A stretch of DNA of 64,000 nucleotides. It comes from an uncultured delta proteobacterium. Its GTDB lineage: Bacteria > Desulfobacterota > Binatia > UBA9968. Every line of letters starts with the position of its first letter. Position 1 is the first letter of the stretch. The stretch is from NCBI GenBank assembly GCA_963737905.1, contig CAVTUQ010000002.1, forward strand, positions 416,001 to 480,000. The letters are read 5' to 3'. Below are positions 1-9,246 of the stretch, in pieces. A program made the translations under genes and the position numbers. The notes below the pieces were generated by a model. That model ran no database searches. It was given only the letters and a program-made list of their open reading frames with translations, and was not told where the DNA came from.

Positions 1-420
1 GAATATCAGCAGAAGCTTCTCGACATCACCGGTCAGCTAAAAGAGGTCAGAGATCGCTATTCCGAGTTGCTTCGCGGAACAACAAGTCCGGAGCCAAGCC
101 AGCTAGTTACGGAGGAACAGATCAAGGCGAGCCAGGCGGATGTCATCTCGCGCTTTCGGGATGCGAACTCCAAACCCAGCGAACCCGCACCGGTGAGGTT
201 ACTGACGCCGTCGCCTTTTAGCAGCCTTCCCCCGACGATAGTCGAGGAACAACCTTCCGCTCGGGCGCCGATCACCTACGAAAACTTACCCTATAACGAA
301 ACCCAGAAAGAGTTTAGCGAGCTGCGCCAGCAAGCGAATGAGCTTGAAAAAGACAGAGAAAAACTAATCAACGAAATGCGGCAGAAGAATATGAGCGTAG
401 GCTCGCTATTTCTAGAATGA
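1..420 (+). CDS. Hypothetical protein, C-terminal part (coiled-coil; begins before the window)
   Basis: Frame is open from base 1 (EYQQKLLDITGQLKEVRDRYSELLRG...) to TGA at 420; heptad-like helices and a Pro-rich linker. Confidence 0.6.
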   Translation, partial: EYQQKLLDITGQLKEVRDRYSELLRGTTSPEPSQLVTEEQIKASQADVISRFRDANSKPSEPAPVRLLTPSPFSSLPPTIVEEQPSARAPITYENLPYNETQKEFSELRQQANELEKDREKLINEMRQKNMSVGSLFLE

Positions 421-430
421 CATTCGCTCG

Positions 431-871
431 TCAGAGCTGTTCCACGGCGGCTCTCAAGCCAAGCAAGTAACTCTGCGCCCCGAATCCGGCAATCTGTCCC
501 ACCGCGGCTCCCGCGATATAAGAATGCTTCCGGAATTCCTCCCGTTTGTAGATGTTGGAAATATGCACCTCGACGGCGGGAATACCCGTGCCCGTTATAG
601 CATCTCTAATAGCCACACTGGAGTGGGTATACGCTGCCGGATTGATAACGATGGCGCCGAACTGCCCGGGCGCCTCTTGAATCCAATTCACCAACTCTCC
701 CTCGCTGTTGGACTGTCGAATATCGATTTCCACTCCCAGCTCCTTGGCCAGAGACCGGATTTTCTTGTTAATCTGATCCAATGTGAGCCGGCCGTAGATT
801 TCTGGTTGGCGCTTGCCCAATAGGTTCAGGTTGGGGCCGTTGAGAACTAGAATTTTTTTCTTTTTTGGCAT
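431..871 (-). CDS. aroQ: Type II 3-dehydroquinate dehydratase
   Basis: [26 protein letters not shown] and EVHISN motifs. Confidence 0.97.
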   Translation of the reverse strand: MPKKKKILVLNGPNLNLLGKRQPEIYGRLTLDQINKKIRSLAKELGVEIDIRQSNSEGELVNWIQEAPGQFGAIVINPAAYTHSSVAIRDAITGTGIPAVEVHISNIYKREEFRKHSYIAGAAVGQIAGFGAQSYLLGLRAAVEQL

Positions 872-909
872 GAGTATTTCGTAGCGCCGCCCCGGACCTG
901 AGGCAGCCC

Positions 910-1986
910 TTAAGCGCCCAGCGCCCCGAGAATCTCACTGGGTGACAGCGCATGAAAACGTGTCTGACCGATCCCTCTGCACATGACGAACTTGATCTTT
1001 CCGCCGGCTGATTTTTTGTCCACTTCCATGCCTTGAATCAAGTTTTGCATCGATACTTCACGGGGGATCTCCAGGGGCAAGCCCGCTTTTTTGATGAGCT
1101 TGCGAATTCGCTCGAGGCTCCGTTGATCACAAAAGCCTTGCTGTGCTGAAATCGCTGCCGCTTGAGCCATTCCGATTCCCACGGCTTCGCCGTGCAGGTA
1201 TTTCTGATAATGGGTCGCGGCTTCCAGAGCGTGGCCAATCGTGTGACCAAAATTGAGCACCGCGCGAACGTCATCTTCGCGCTCATCTTGCTCCACGACC
1301 TTCGCCTTGATAGCGCACGCGGTCGCGATGACTTGCGTCAAAAGCGGACGATCCAGGCTCGTGAGCTTCCCCATATTTTCTTCCAGCAGTTTGAATAGAG
1401 CGGGATCTTGGATGACGCCGTATTTGATCACTTCGGCCAAGCCGGCAATGAATTCGCGCCGTGGCAGCGATCGAAGGACGGCCACATCGATGAGCACCAA
1501 GCGTGGCTGGTAGAAAGCCCCGATGAGATTTTTTCCGTCCTGATGGTTCACCCCGGTCTTCCCGCCGACGCTGGAGTCGACTTGCGCAAGCAGAGTGGTC
1601 GGCACCTGCACATACGCTATACCTCGCAGAAAAGTTGCCGCGGCAAACCCGGCTAGATCACCGACAACTCCGCCCCCGAGCGCCAAGACGCAAGATTGGC
1701 GCTCAAACCGGTCCGCGATCAACCGGTCATAGATGACAGAGAGCGACCGAAAATCTTTGTGCTGCTCCCCGTCGGGAATGAGCACGGGCGTCACTTCGAA
1801 TCCAGCACCGTTCAAAGATTCATGGACCGGATCAAGATAGAGCTGCGCCACGGTGGGATTCGTGACGACCGCTACCTTTCCCCGCAGCCCCGCGCGCGGA
1901 AGCAAATCGCCCACCGAAGACAGAATCTCGTCACCGACGTAAATGGGATAAGAGCGGTCTCCGAGATTGACGGTTAGAGTTTGCAT
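910..1986 (-). CDS. aroB: 3-dehydroquinate synthase
   Basis: [40 protein letters not shown] and HGEAV motifs. Confidence 0.97.
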   Translation of the reverse strand: MQTLTVNLGDRSYPIYVGDEILSSVGDLLPRAGLRGKVAVVTNPTVAQLYLDPVHESLNGAGFEVTPVLIPDGEQHKDFRSLSVIYDRLIADRFERQSCVLALGGGVVGDLAGFAAATFLRGIAYVQVPTTLLAQVDSSVGGKTGVNHQDGKNLIGAFYQPRLVLIDVAVLRSLPRREFIAGLAEVIKYGVIQDPALFKLLEENMGKLTSLDRPLLTQVIATACAIKAKVVEQDEREDDVRAVLNFGHTIGHALEAATHYQKYLHGEAVGIGMAQAAAISAQQGFCDQRSLERIRKLIKKAGLPLEIPREVSMQNLIQGMEVDKKSAGGKIKFVMCRGIGQTRFHALSPSEILGALGA

Positions 1987-2516
1987 GAAATCGATTCCCG
2001 GTCTTCCATCGCCCCGATGATTTTCTCCACGACTTGCTCCACGGTCATATCGCCTGTGTCTACGGAAACGTGAGCCTGTGCATAGTGTGTTTCGCGCTGC
2101 GCCAGCAGTTCCCGAATTCGCTGCGCCCGGTCATTACCCTCGAGCAACGGGCGTCGCCTGCTTTTCCCTGCTCGGCGCAAAAGCACCTCCGGTGCCGCCC
2201 TCAGGCAAACCAGCAAGCTCTTTTGTCGGAGCAGTCGAAGATTCTCTTCATCCATCACGACGCCGCCGCCGGTTGCAATCACCTGCTCGCCTTGAGATAG
2301 AACCTCCGCTAGCGCCTGCTTTTCCGCTCGGCGAAAATAGCTCTCCCCTTTCCGGCTGAAGATATCTCTAACCTTCATCCCTTCACTCTTCTCGATGACT
2401 TTGTCGAGATCCACAAAGCGGCGGTCAAGTTTGCGGGCCAGAGTTCGACCCACTGCGCTTTTTCCAACCGCCATAAAGCCCGTCAGGGCGATATTTCGTA
2501 CAGAGCTTTCTGCCAA
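1974..2516 (-). CDS. aroK: Shikimate kinase
   Basis: GFMAVGKS P-loop, DLD, GE.YFR, ATGGG and RPLL; lies between aroC and aroB. Confidence 0.95.
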   Translation of the reverse strand: MAESSVRNIALTGFMAVGKSAVGRTLARKLDRRFVDLDKVIEKSEGMKVRDIFSRKGESYFRRAEKQALAEVLSQGEQVIATGGGVVMDEENLRLLRQKSLLVCLRAAPEVLLRRAGKSRRRPLLEGNDRAQRIRELLAQRETHYAQAHVSVDTGDMTVEQVVEKIIGAMEDRESISCKL

Positions 2517-2519
2517 GAG

Positions 2520-3716
2520 CTAGAAATTTTTGATCTGTTCCAGATAATTTTCGTAGTTGCGCTTGATTTCTCGGAGCGAGTCTCCGCCAAACTTTTCCAG
2601 AAAGGCATTGGCCAGCTCGAAGGCAACTACGGATTCGCCGACAACGGCAGCGGCCGGGGCGGCGCAGACATCGGACCGCTCCACTGAAGCATCCGTCTGC
2701 TGCTTGGATCGGAGATCGACGGATTGCAACGGACTCATGAGCGTCGAGATCGGCTTCATGGCGACACGGGCAACCAAGGGCGCGCCGTTGGTCATCCCTC
2801 CTTCAGTTCCGCCGGAATTGTTGCTGCCCCGATAGAAGCCCGTCGGCACGATCCTGGGTGTCCCCTCTGACACCATCTTATTCGGATCGAAGAAGATTTC
2901 ATCATGGACCTGGGAGCCCCGCCGCCGCGCCATCTCGAAGCCGAGCCCAATCTCGACTCCTTTGATCGCCTGAACGCTCATCAGAGCTTGCGCCAAACGC
3001 CCGTCCAGCTTTCGGTCCCACTGTGTATGAGTACCCAGCCCCGGCGGCAGACCCAACGCCACAACCTCAAAGATGCCCCCAAGCGTGTTACCTTCTTTCT
3101 TGCATTCTTCGATTAACGCGATCATTTGGTCTTCCGCCTCTTTGTCGGCCGTCCGCACCGGTGATTCGTCAGCGCGGGCGTAGATCTCCTCGTAAGTCAA
3201 TCCGTCCAAGTGGGCCGCCACGTTGCCGATGGAGCGAATATAACCCATGACCCGGACGCCGAAGGGCGAAAGCAGTTGTTTGCTGAAAGAACCCACCGCG
3301 GTACGCGAGACCGTGTCCCGTGCACTCGCCCGTTCTAAGATGTCGCGAATATCAGAACGGTCGTATTTAAGAACCCCTGTAAGATCCGCATGTCCTGGGC
3401 GTGGTTTAGTGACCGCAATTCTCTCGTCTCGGTCTTCAGAGGCCGCCGACATTTTTTTGGTCCAGTTTTTCCAGTCCCGGTTCTCAATGCCAAGGGCGAT
3501 GGGCGATCCCAGCGTTTCACCCCAACGAATTCCCGAGCGGATCTGGACTTCATCCTTCTCAATGAGCATCCTACCGCCGCGACCATAGCCTTGCTGGCGG
3601 CGCCAAAGATCGTGGTTGATTCGACCTACGTCGATAGGAAATCCCGCCGGCACCCCATCAATGACCATGGTCAGACAGGGCCCGTGGGATTCACCCGCAG
3701 TAACATAGCGCAACAT
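2520..3716 (-). CDS. aroC: Chorismate synthase
   Basis: TAGESHG, RPGHAD, ERASAR, MKPISTL and ERSDVCA motifs. Confidence 0.97.
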   Translation of the reverse strand: MLRYVTAGESHGPCLTMVIDGVPAGFPIDVGRINHDLWRRQQGYGRGGRMLIEKDEVQIRSGIRWGETLGSPIALGIENRDWKNWTKKMSAASEDRDERIAVTKPRPGHADLTGVLKYDRSDIRDILERASARDTVSRTAVGSFSKQLLSPFGVRVMGYIRSIGNVAAHLDGLTYEEIYARADESPVRTADKEAEDQMIALIEECKKEGNTLGGIFEVVALGLPPGLGTHTQWDRKLDGRLAQALMSVQAIKGVEIGLGFEMARRRGSQVHDEIFFDPNKMVSEGTPRIVPTGFYRGSNNSGGTEGGMTNGAPLVARVAMKPISTLMSPLQSVDLRSKQQTDASVERSDVCAAPAAAVVGESVVAFELANAFLEKFGGDSLREIKRNYENYLEQIKNF

Positions 3717-3748
3717 GCGGGTATCCTACTCTATTCTTTTTTGCCAGG

Positions 3749-5803
3749 CTAGGGGGTTGGCGCGCGGAAAAGCACCTGACCGCCTTCCGTCTGCTTCATT
3801 TGCTCGCGCCAGAGCTGTTCGGCAGCGGGAAGATTCTCTGATCCGGCAGAAGTGAGGCGGGGAGTAATAAAAACCATCAGTTCTTCGAAATCTTTCTGCA
3901 CACGTTGGTTCTTGAATAACCAGCCGAGCACCGGGACATCTTTCAGGTAGGGCACACCGCTCTCCGAGTCCTGGCTCGTGTCTTTCAAGATACCGCCGAG
4001 TACAATCGTCTCCCCATCCTTGACGAGCACGTTCGCTACGGCTTCACGGTTGAGCTCATCGGGAATAACCGAACCCTGTGACTGTGCCCCTAGAGTGCTG
4101 GACTTGACATTAATATTCATGAGCACGTAACCGTCGCTAGAGACCTGAGGGGTAACGGTGAGGATAATTCCGACCGGAACCTTTTCTGTTGCTACTGCTG
4201 AACCTGCGGCCGAAGAACCGGTTCCGGTGGCAATGTTGGTGGAGGCGGGAAGCAAGATACGTAGGATCCGTTCACTCCGGATCGTGGAAGCGACATTGTT
4301 CAACGTGACCACGGAAGGTCGAGACATGATTCGTATATTGCCTTCCCTCTCTGCCGCCTCCAATGTACTGGCTAGATCTCGTATTCCCCCGACCGCGTTC
4401 TGAATAACACCAACGCTACCGCCCAACCCGATGGGAGCGTTCGGGAATAGCGGTGTAAACGCAGTGTAGGGCTCCGGTGCCCCGGCTGCACTGCTGATGG
4501 TTGTTCCCCCAGGGGTGCTCAACCGGAACCGGAGACCCAAGGCTCGCGCGAAGGTCGGCGTCGTTTCGATCAGATTCGACTCGATCAAGACTTGCGGCGT
4601 ACGGGTATCAAGCTTTGCTATCAGAGCGCTGACGTCATCAACGGACTGTTTAATATCGCGAACCATCATCGTGTTGCTTCGCTCGTCGATAACCAAGGCG
4701 GCATCCGGGCGCTTCGTTAACAGCGTCTTTACTTTGGACTCTAAATCTTTGACCCTGGCGTAATTGATGTTGAAGTACGCGGTTTGCAGAGGCTCTGCAT
4801 CTTCCCTGGCTCTCTCAGTTTTCTTTTGCTGCACTCTGTCCGCTTCCAACCGTGCCGTTGTCGAGATTCGGATCACGCTTCCCACTTCGTCCTTACCCAA
4901 GCCATTGGTAGTGATGATCAGATCCATCGCCTGATCCCAGGGCACTTCGACAAGCCGTAATGTCACCTTCCTGTTAACATCATCGGTGACCACGATGTTC
5001 TTTCCGCTCACTTCCGCCAGCAGCCGGAAAACGTTTTTGATATCTGCGTCTTTAAAGTCGAGGGATAATCTTTGTCCGCTGTATTTTTTCCCGCCAGCGG
5101 GCGGCTCTTCCCTAGAGGCGACCTGTCCTGCCTCCATGGAAACAGCGCCACGGGCCGCGGTCTTATCCTCTATTTTTCTTCCACCTCTGACCAAGTCAAA
5201 GACTTTTTTGTCGCTCGCCTTAGGATCTGAAAAGCCGAAGACGACTTTGATGCCTCCCTCCTCGGGCGTAATCACGTAAGCAGGCACGGTAGACGTGGGC
5301 ACCTCTAGAGTCATGCGCAGGTAGCCTTCACCCGGGCTAAAGCTTACCGTGCTCACTGCAGGGGTGCCGACGCGGAACGTTTCCCCAGTCGCTTGTCGCG
5401 TCGACTCGCCAAACATGTCCACCACGACTCGCGCCGGCTGAGCCAGTGGAAAATGGCGATATTGAGAAATAGGTTGAGTGAGTTTTAGCTGGACAATCGT
5501 TTGTCCCGATTCTTCGCGCACCGACAGATCCTGCACCCGAAGTGTCGGTGTTTGCGGCACATCTTGCCTTGTTGAAGAAAGCCCCTGTCCCTCTTTTTGC
5601 TCCGGCCGCCCTTGGATAGACTCGGCACCTTCCACGACCCCCGTCGTGCTCTTTTGCTCATTGACTGTTGCTGTACAACCGGCGAATCCAAGACCGAACC
5701 CGGTTAAAAGGCAACCGACGGAACACCAATACCGAGGTGTGATCCTGCCGAATTTAACGCTCATTGCCATCGCTGCTCCGCTCCTCTTCAACTTCTTCTT
5801 CAT
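3749..5803 (-). CDS. pilQ: Type IV pilus secretin PilQ
   Basis: AMIN-like N-terminus, SLDFKDADI/VPWDQA N0 domain, secretin C-terminus GVPYLKDVPVLGWLF and ELMVFITP. Confidence 0.95.
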   Translation of the reverse strand: MKKKLKRSGAAMAMSVKFGRITPRYWCSVGCLLTGFGLGFAGCTATVNEQKSTTGVVEGAESIQGRPEQKEGQGLSSTRQDVPQTPTLRVQDLSVREESGQTIVQLKLTQPISQYRHFPLAQPARVVVDMFGESTRQATGETFRVGTPAVSTVSFSPGEGYLRMTLEVPTSTVPAYVITPEEGGIKVVFGFSDPKASDKKVFDLVRGGRKIEDKTAARGAVSMEAGQVASREEPPAGGKKYSGQRLSLDFKDADIKNVFRLLAEVSGKNIVVTDDVNRKVTLRLVEVPWDQAMDLIITTNGLGKDEVGSVIRISTTARLEADRVQQKKTERAREDAEPLQTAYFNINYARVKDLESKVKTLLTKRPDAALVIDERSNTMMVRDIKQSVDDVSALIAKLDTRTPQVLIESNLIETTPTFARALGLRFRLSTPGGTTISSAAGAPEPYTAFTPLFPNAPIGLGGSVGVIQNAVGGIRDLASTLEAAEREGNIRIMSRPSVVTLNNVASTIRSERILRILLPASTNIATGTGSSAAGSAVATEKVPVGIILTVTPQVSSDGYVLMNINVKSSTLGAQSQGSVIPDELNREAVANVLVKDGETIVLGGILKDTSQDSESGVPYLKDVPVLGWLFKNQRVQKDFEELMVFITPRLTSAGSENLPAAEQLWREQMKQTEGGQVLFRAPTP

Positions 5804-6420
5804 TCCGCCTTCTCCACGGATAACTTGATATTGACCTCGCGCTTTTTCTTCGCCCCGAATAGATCAACGTAGGTTTCCTCAATGATGATTTCATTCGGTT
5901 TGATCGATTTGACCTTGCCATCGTTTGCTCCGATCGGGGTGCCCAGCTTGACAATATAACCAAGCCCCACTGAGTCCTCGACCATCGCGCTGGGTTCTTT
6001 GACATGCCAGACAACGCCCACTAATCTCAGTTGCCCTAAGTCATACCGCTCCAATGGCGAAAGGTTTTCCCGGGGACGATTATGAGCCCGCGTGTTCAAC
6101 GTAAAAGGTCGAAAGGGGTCGCGTTTTCCTACCGTTGAAAAGTTCGCTGAAGACTGCGGATCAGACTTTTGTTCAGTGGGCGCTGCGCCGTCTGCGTTTA
6201 CCTTCGTAGACTTGGTTTCTGCAACTGCGTCCTGAAGCCTAGCCTTTGCTGCATTACTCAAGTCCTGCAAGGTCTTGCCGACGACACTTGGAGTTCGGAG
6301 CAACGTATCGACGGCCTCCTTGGTTTTCTGCGCAGGCGTCCCGGGCTCCTCTTGGGCACCGACGAACCCCGGCGCGAAAAGTAAACCTATACAAACAATT
6401 TTTTTTACCCAGACAAACAT
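5800..6420 (-). CDS. pilP: Type IV pilus assembly protein PilP
   Basis: GKRDPFRPF, PLERYDLGQLRLVGV and G..IG.NDG.V motifs; operon position. Confidence 0.92.
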   Translation of the reverse strand: MFVWVKKIVCIGLLFAPGFVGAQEEPGTPAQKTKEAVDTLLRTPSVVGKTLQDLSNAAKARLQDAVAETKSTKVNADGAAPTEQKSDPQSSANFSTVGKRDPFRPFTLNTRAHNRPRENLSPLERYDLGQLRLVGVVWHVKEPSAMVEDSVGLGYIVKLGTPIGANDGKVKSIKPNEIIIEETYVDLFGAKKKREVNIKLSVEKAE

Positions 6421-6426
6421 GTCAAG

Positions 6427-7047
6427 CTATTTTTTTGCCGCGGCCTTAGCTTTTTCCTCCGCCACTTTTTTTCGCTCGGCTTCGTCCAAAAAGCGATACG
6501 TGGTTGCCAACGTTGAGATGTCCAAAGCGACTTGGTCGCCGCCCACTTTGGGATTCTTCAGGTCAATATTATTGATGTTCACAAGCCGGTTTAATTTGCC
6601 GACTTCGTCAAAAAAGGTCACCGCATTAAAAAATCCGCCCCGCACGACGATGTCCACCGGTATCTCGGCATAAAACTCTTGAAAGTTCTCGGCTCGAGGC
6701 CGAAAGAGCAAGATCTCCAAACCCGCTTCCCTGGCTTTCGTCGAAAGACTGCTCAAAAGGTCGGGAATCTCCTTGCGATCGGGTAACTGCGCGACCGCGG
6801 CCTTGAGTTTTCCATCCCACTCTTGCAACTCTTTCTGTAACTTCGGGAGATTAGCCGAAAGCGCTTTCTTTCGGTCACGGTCGCCTCGTATGCTCGCGAT
6901 CTCCTCGGTTGATTTGTTCACCTTCTCGTCCCCGGGAAGGTAAACGTAGAAGTACCCAACAATCAGAAAAAAGATAATCAGACCTGCCAGGATTCCGATT
7001 TTCTGCTGCCGGGGAAGTCTAAGAATCTGTGTTAGGAATTGGTTCAC
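6427..7047 (-). CDS. pilO: Type IV pilus assembly protein PilO
   Basis: N-terminal TM helix, QLP..EIPDLL, FYAEIP and TYRF motifs. Confidence 0.94.
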   Translation of the reverse strand: MNQFLTQILRLPRQQKIGILAGLIIFFLIVGYFYVYLPGDEKVNKSTEEIASIRGDRDRKKALSANLPKLQKELQEWDGKLKAAVAQLPDRKEIPDLLSSLSTKAREAGLEILLFRPRAENFQEFYAEIPVDIVVRGGFFNAVTFFDEVGKLNRLVNINNIDLKNPKVGGDQVALDISTLATTYRFLDEAERKKVAEEKAKAAAKK

Positions 7048-7655
7048 CTTGAGTTATCTTTCCTTGGTGTGGGAACACTTATCGACTTTACCGCGCTCGT
7101 CGATGGAGTATTGGGTTGATAGGTGAGTCGTGACTTGATCAAGAAACGCCTCGGTGGCAAACCTGCCTGCTGGTTTTGGGTTGTTTCCACCAGCTCCGTA
7201 TTGGTGAAATAAGCATGGGAAGCTAATGCCTTGAGAAATTCAGCGATGGTCTGATTATCCACCGCCACTCCTGTGATAGTCAGATTCCCGCCTATTTCCT
7301 TGAACTCGGTCAGCCACAAGGCACTTGGAGTGGCAAGGGCGAGGCTTTCCATGACTCGCACAGGCCCGGACTTCTTCTTGTTGATATCGTCAATGACTTT
7401 GTTCTTGCCTTGAAACTCTTTAATCTTCCTTTGTAGCTCCGCAACATCCTTCGCCTTGACATTCAGAACTTGGAGCTCCTTCCGAAGGTCATCCAACCCC
7501 TTTTCGAGCGTGGAAGCCTGGCGCCATTGGTAGACATAAACACCAAGAATCAAACCCGCCGTCAGCGCCAGGGAGACGCCGCCGACCACGAGCTCGCGAC
7601 GACGCACCACCTCCGCTTTCAGTTCCTTAACAGGAAGAAGATTGATCCGTATCAT
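7044..7655 (-). CDS. pilN: Type IV pilus assembly protein PilN
   Basis: N-terminal IRINLLP motif, TM helix and coiled coil. Confidence 0.94.
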   Translation of the reverse strand: MIRINLLPVKELKAEVVRRRELVVGGVSLALTAGLILGVYVYQWRQASTLEKGLDDLRKELQVLNVKAKDVAELQRKIKEFQGKNKVIDDINKKKSGPVRVMESLALATPSALWLTEFKEIGGNLTITGVAVDNQTIAEFLKALASHAYFTNTELVETTQNQQAGLPPRRFLIKSRLTYQPNTPSTSAVKSISVPTPRKDNSR

Positions 7656-8755
7656 TTGTCGCCCGGTCTCCTGATGGCCAACCCGATGGCTACTCCTAAC
7701 ACCGGCGCTACTTCTGCTACGGATGCTTGGTTAAGGTTCTTGCTTAGGCGAAAATTACGAAGCGGTTCCGCGAGCTGCACCGGCACCCCAAGCCTTTCCT
7801 CCAGGACCGAGGTCAAGCCAACAACCTTGGCTCCGCCACCCGTTAAGTAAATGTTTCGAATGCCTTCTTCCGAAGCTATAGCACCGTACAAGCTCAGGGT
7901 TCGCTGGATGTCCTCTGCCAATGACTGTGCCGCAGGTCTTAAAAGCGCTTGCAAGTCCGACCCCTTGTCCCCATTCATGAGTCCCGCGACCTTAAACGTC
8001 TCCGCTTCCTCATCCGAGATCTGCATCGCCCTCCTTAAACTATCGGTAAACTCCTGCCCGCCTACAGGCAGGTCGCCCGTAAAGGTGGAGATTCCATTGC
8101 TGATCACGTTGATGCTCGTGTAGCGGGCGCCGATGTGGATGAGGCCGATGACTTCGCCGGCGGTTTGCGGCTCGTAATTGGTTTCATACATGCTTTCCAT
8201 TGCAAAATAGTCAACGTCAATGATTGCCGGTGTGAGTCCGGCAGCTTCGACCACTTCTGCGAAACTGTTGACGATCTCTTTTTTGACCGCCACGAGCAGC
8301 ACTTCCATTTTGTTTCCGCCCTCGAGATAACCGAGGACTTGATAATCGAGATTGACGTTCTCGAGATTCTCTGGAATGAGCTTATTCGCCTCAAACTCGA
8401 CATTAGCTTCGAGTTCATCTTCGTCTTGCCGAGGCATCTGAATCTTCTTGATGATGACCGCCCTTCCTGGAACGGCTGAAATCACCTTGCTTGATCTCAC
8501 ACCGTGCTGCTGGATGAGCTTTCGTATCGCCTCTGCCACCAAGCGCCCTTCCACGACCATGTTGTTTTGCACCGCTCCAGGGGGAAGAGATAAGATGCCG
8601 GCGTTTAACAAGCGGCACCCGCTCTTATCCACCGTTGCTTCGACCATTTTGACTGAGCTCGAGCCGATGTCGAACGCAACATAGCCATCCTTTTGCCCGA
8701 TGGACCTCAAAAAACCGAGATTCAATTTGCTCGAGAGACCCGTCATCGTGATCAC
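7652..8755 (-). CDS. pilM: Type IV pilus assembly ATPase-like protein PilM
   Basis: Actin-like DIGSSSVK, VLLVAVKK, LTGGGA and GLAIR motifs. Confidence 0.95.
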   Translation of the reverse strand: MITMTGLSSKLNLGFLRSIGQKDGYVAFDIGSSSVKMVEATVDKSGCRLLNAGILSLPPGAVQNNMVVEGRLVAEAIRKLIQQHGVRSSKVISAVPGRAVIIKKIQMPRQDEDELEANVEFEANKLIPENLENVNLDYQVLGYLEGGNKMEVLLVAVKKEIVNSFAEVVEAAGLTPAIIDVDYFAMESMYETNYEPQTAGEVIGLIHIGARYTSINVISNGISTFTGDLPVGGQEFTDSLRRAMQISDEEAETFKVAGLMNGDKGSDLQALLRPAAQSLAEDIQRTLSLYGAIASEEGIRNIYLTGGGAKVVGLTSVLEERLGVPVQLAEPLRNFRLSKNLNQASVAEVAPVLGVAIGLAIRRPGDK

Positions 8756-8946
8756 TCAAAAACTCTTTGCTTTTGATGAAACTTCAACCCCAGAGCTAAG
8801 AGAATTTTTCTCTTCGTCGCCATCCGGCACGGTTTTCCTTTCTCTATGCGATCTATAGTGAGGGGGGAGAGCCCTGCCATGCGTGCGAGCTCTGCCTTGC
8901 TTAACATCTTGGCTTCGCGGATTTTCTTGACGTTGTTCTCGACCAT
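8752..8946 (-). CDS. Small XRE-family HTH regulator, translationally coupled to pilM
   Basis: MVENNVKKIRE.KMLSKAELARMAGLSPLTIDRIEKG; its stop overlaps the pilM GTG start (GTGA). Confidence 0.88.
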   Translation of the reverse strand: MVENNVKKIREAKMLSKAELARMAGLSPLTIDRIEKGKPCRMATKRKILLALGLKFHQKQRVFE

Positions 8947-9068
8947 GCGCTCAAAACTTTTCGGGCGGGATGCGTGATCGCGAGGAATTGTAATATTCAA
9001 TCAAACCATTCACATCGACAAAATTAATCTTAATTATCACTAATTATGAAAGTCTCGGCGGCTTGGTA

Positions 9069-9084
9069 CGCAATACCTCTGCCA
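9069..9084 (-). promoter_or_regulatory. Putative sigma54 (-24/-12) promoter for the HTH-pilMNOPQ operon
   Basis: Minus strand reads TGGCAGAGGTATTGCG, matching TGGCAC-N5-TTGC with exact GG/GC spacing. Confidence 0.55.
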
Positions 9085-9246
9085 TTCAAGGGGGCGGGAG
9101 CTAACCTTTGATTTTTCAATCCGATTCGCCGCACTGGAAAGCACCGGGGTGCACAATCTTTCGCTGATACGACCAATTTTTACAATTTTGAACAATGTAC
9201 GCAGGAGAGACAGACAGGTTGATTGCTTTTGATTGCGCCCACCGAT

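Noticed and set aside
431-8755. pilMNOPQ-aro linkage as a novelty
   Set aside because: Well-known conserved synteny in Proteobacteria and Deltaproteobacteria.
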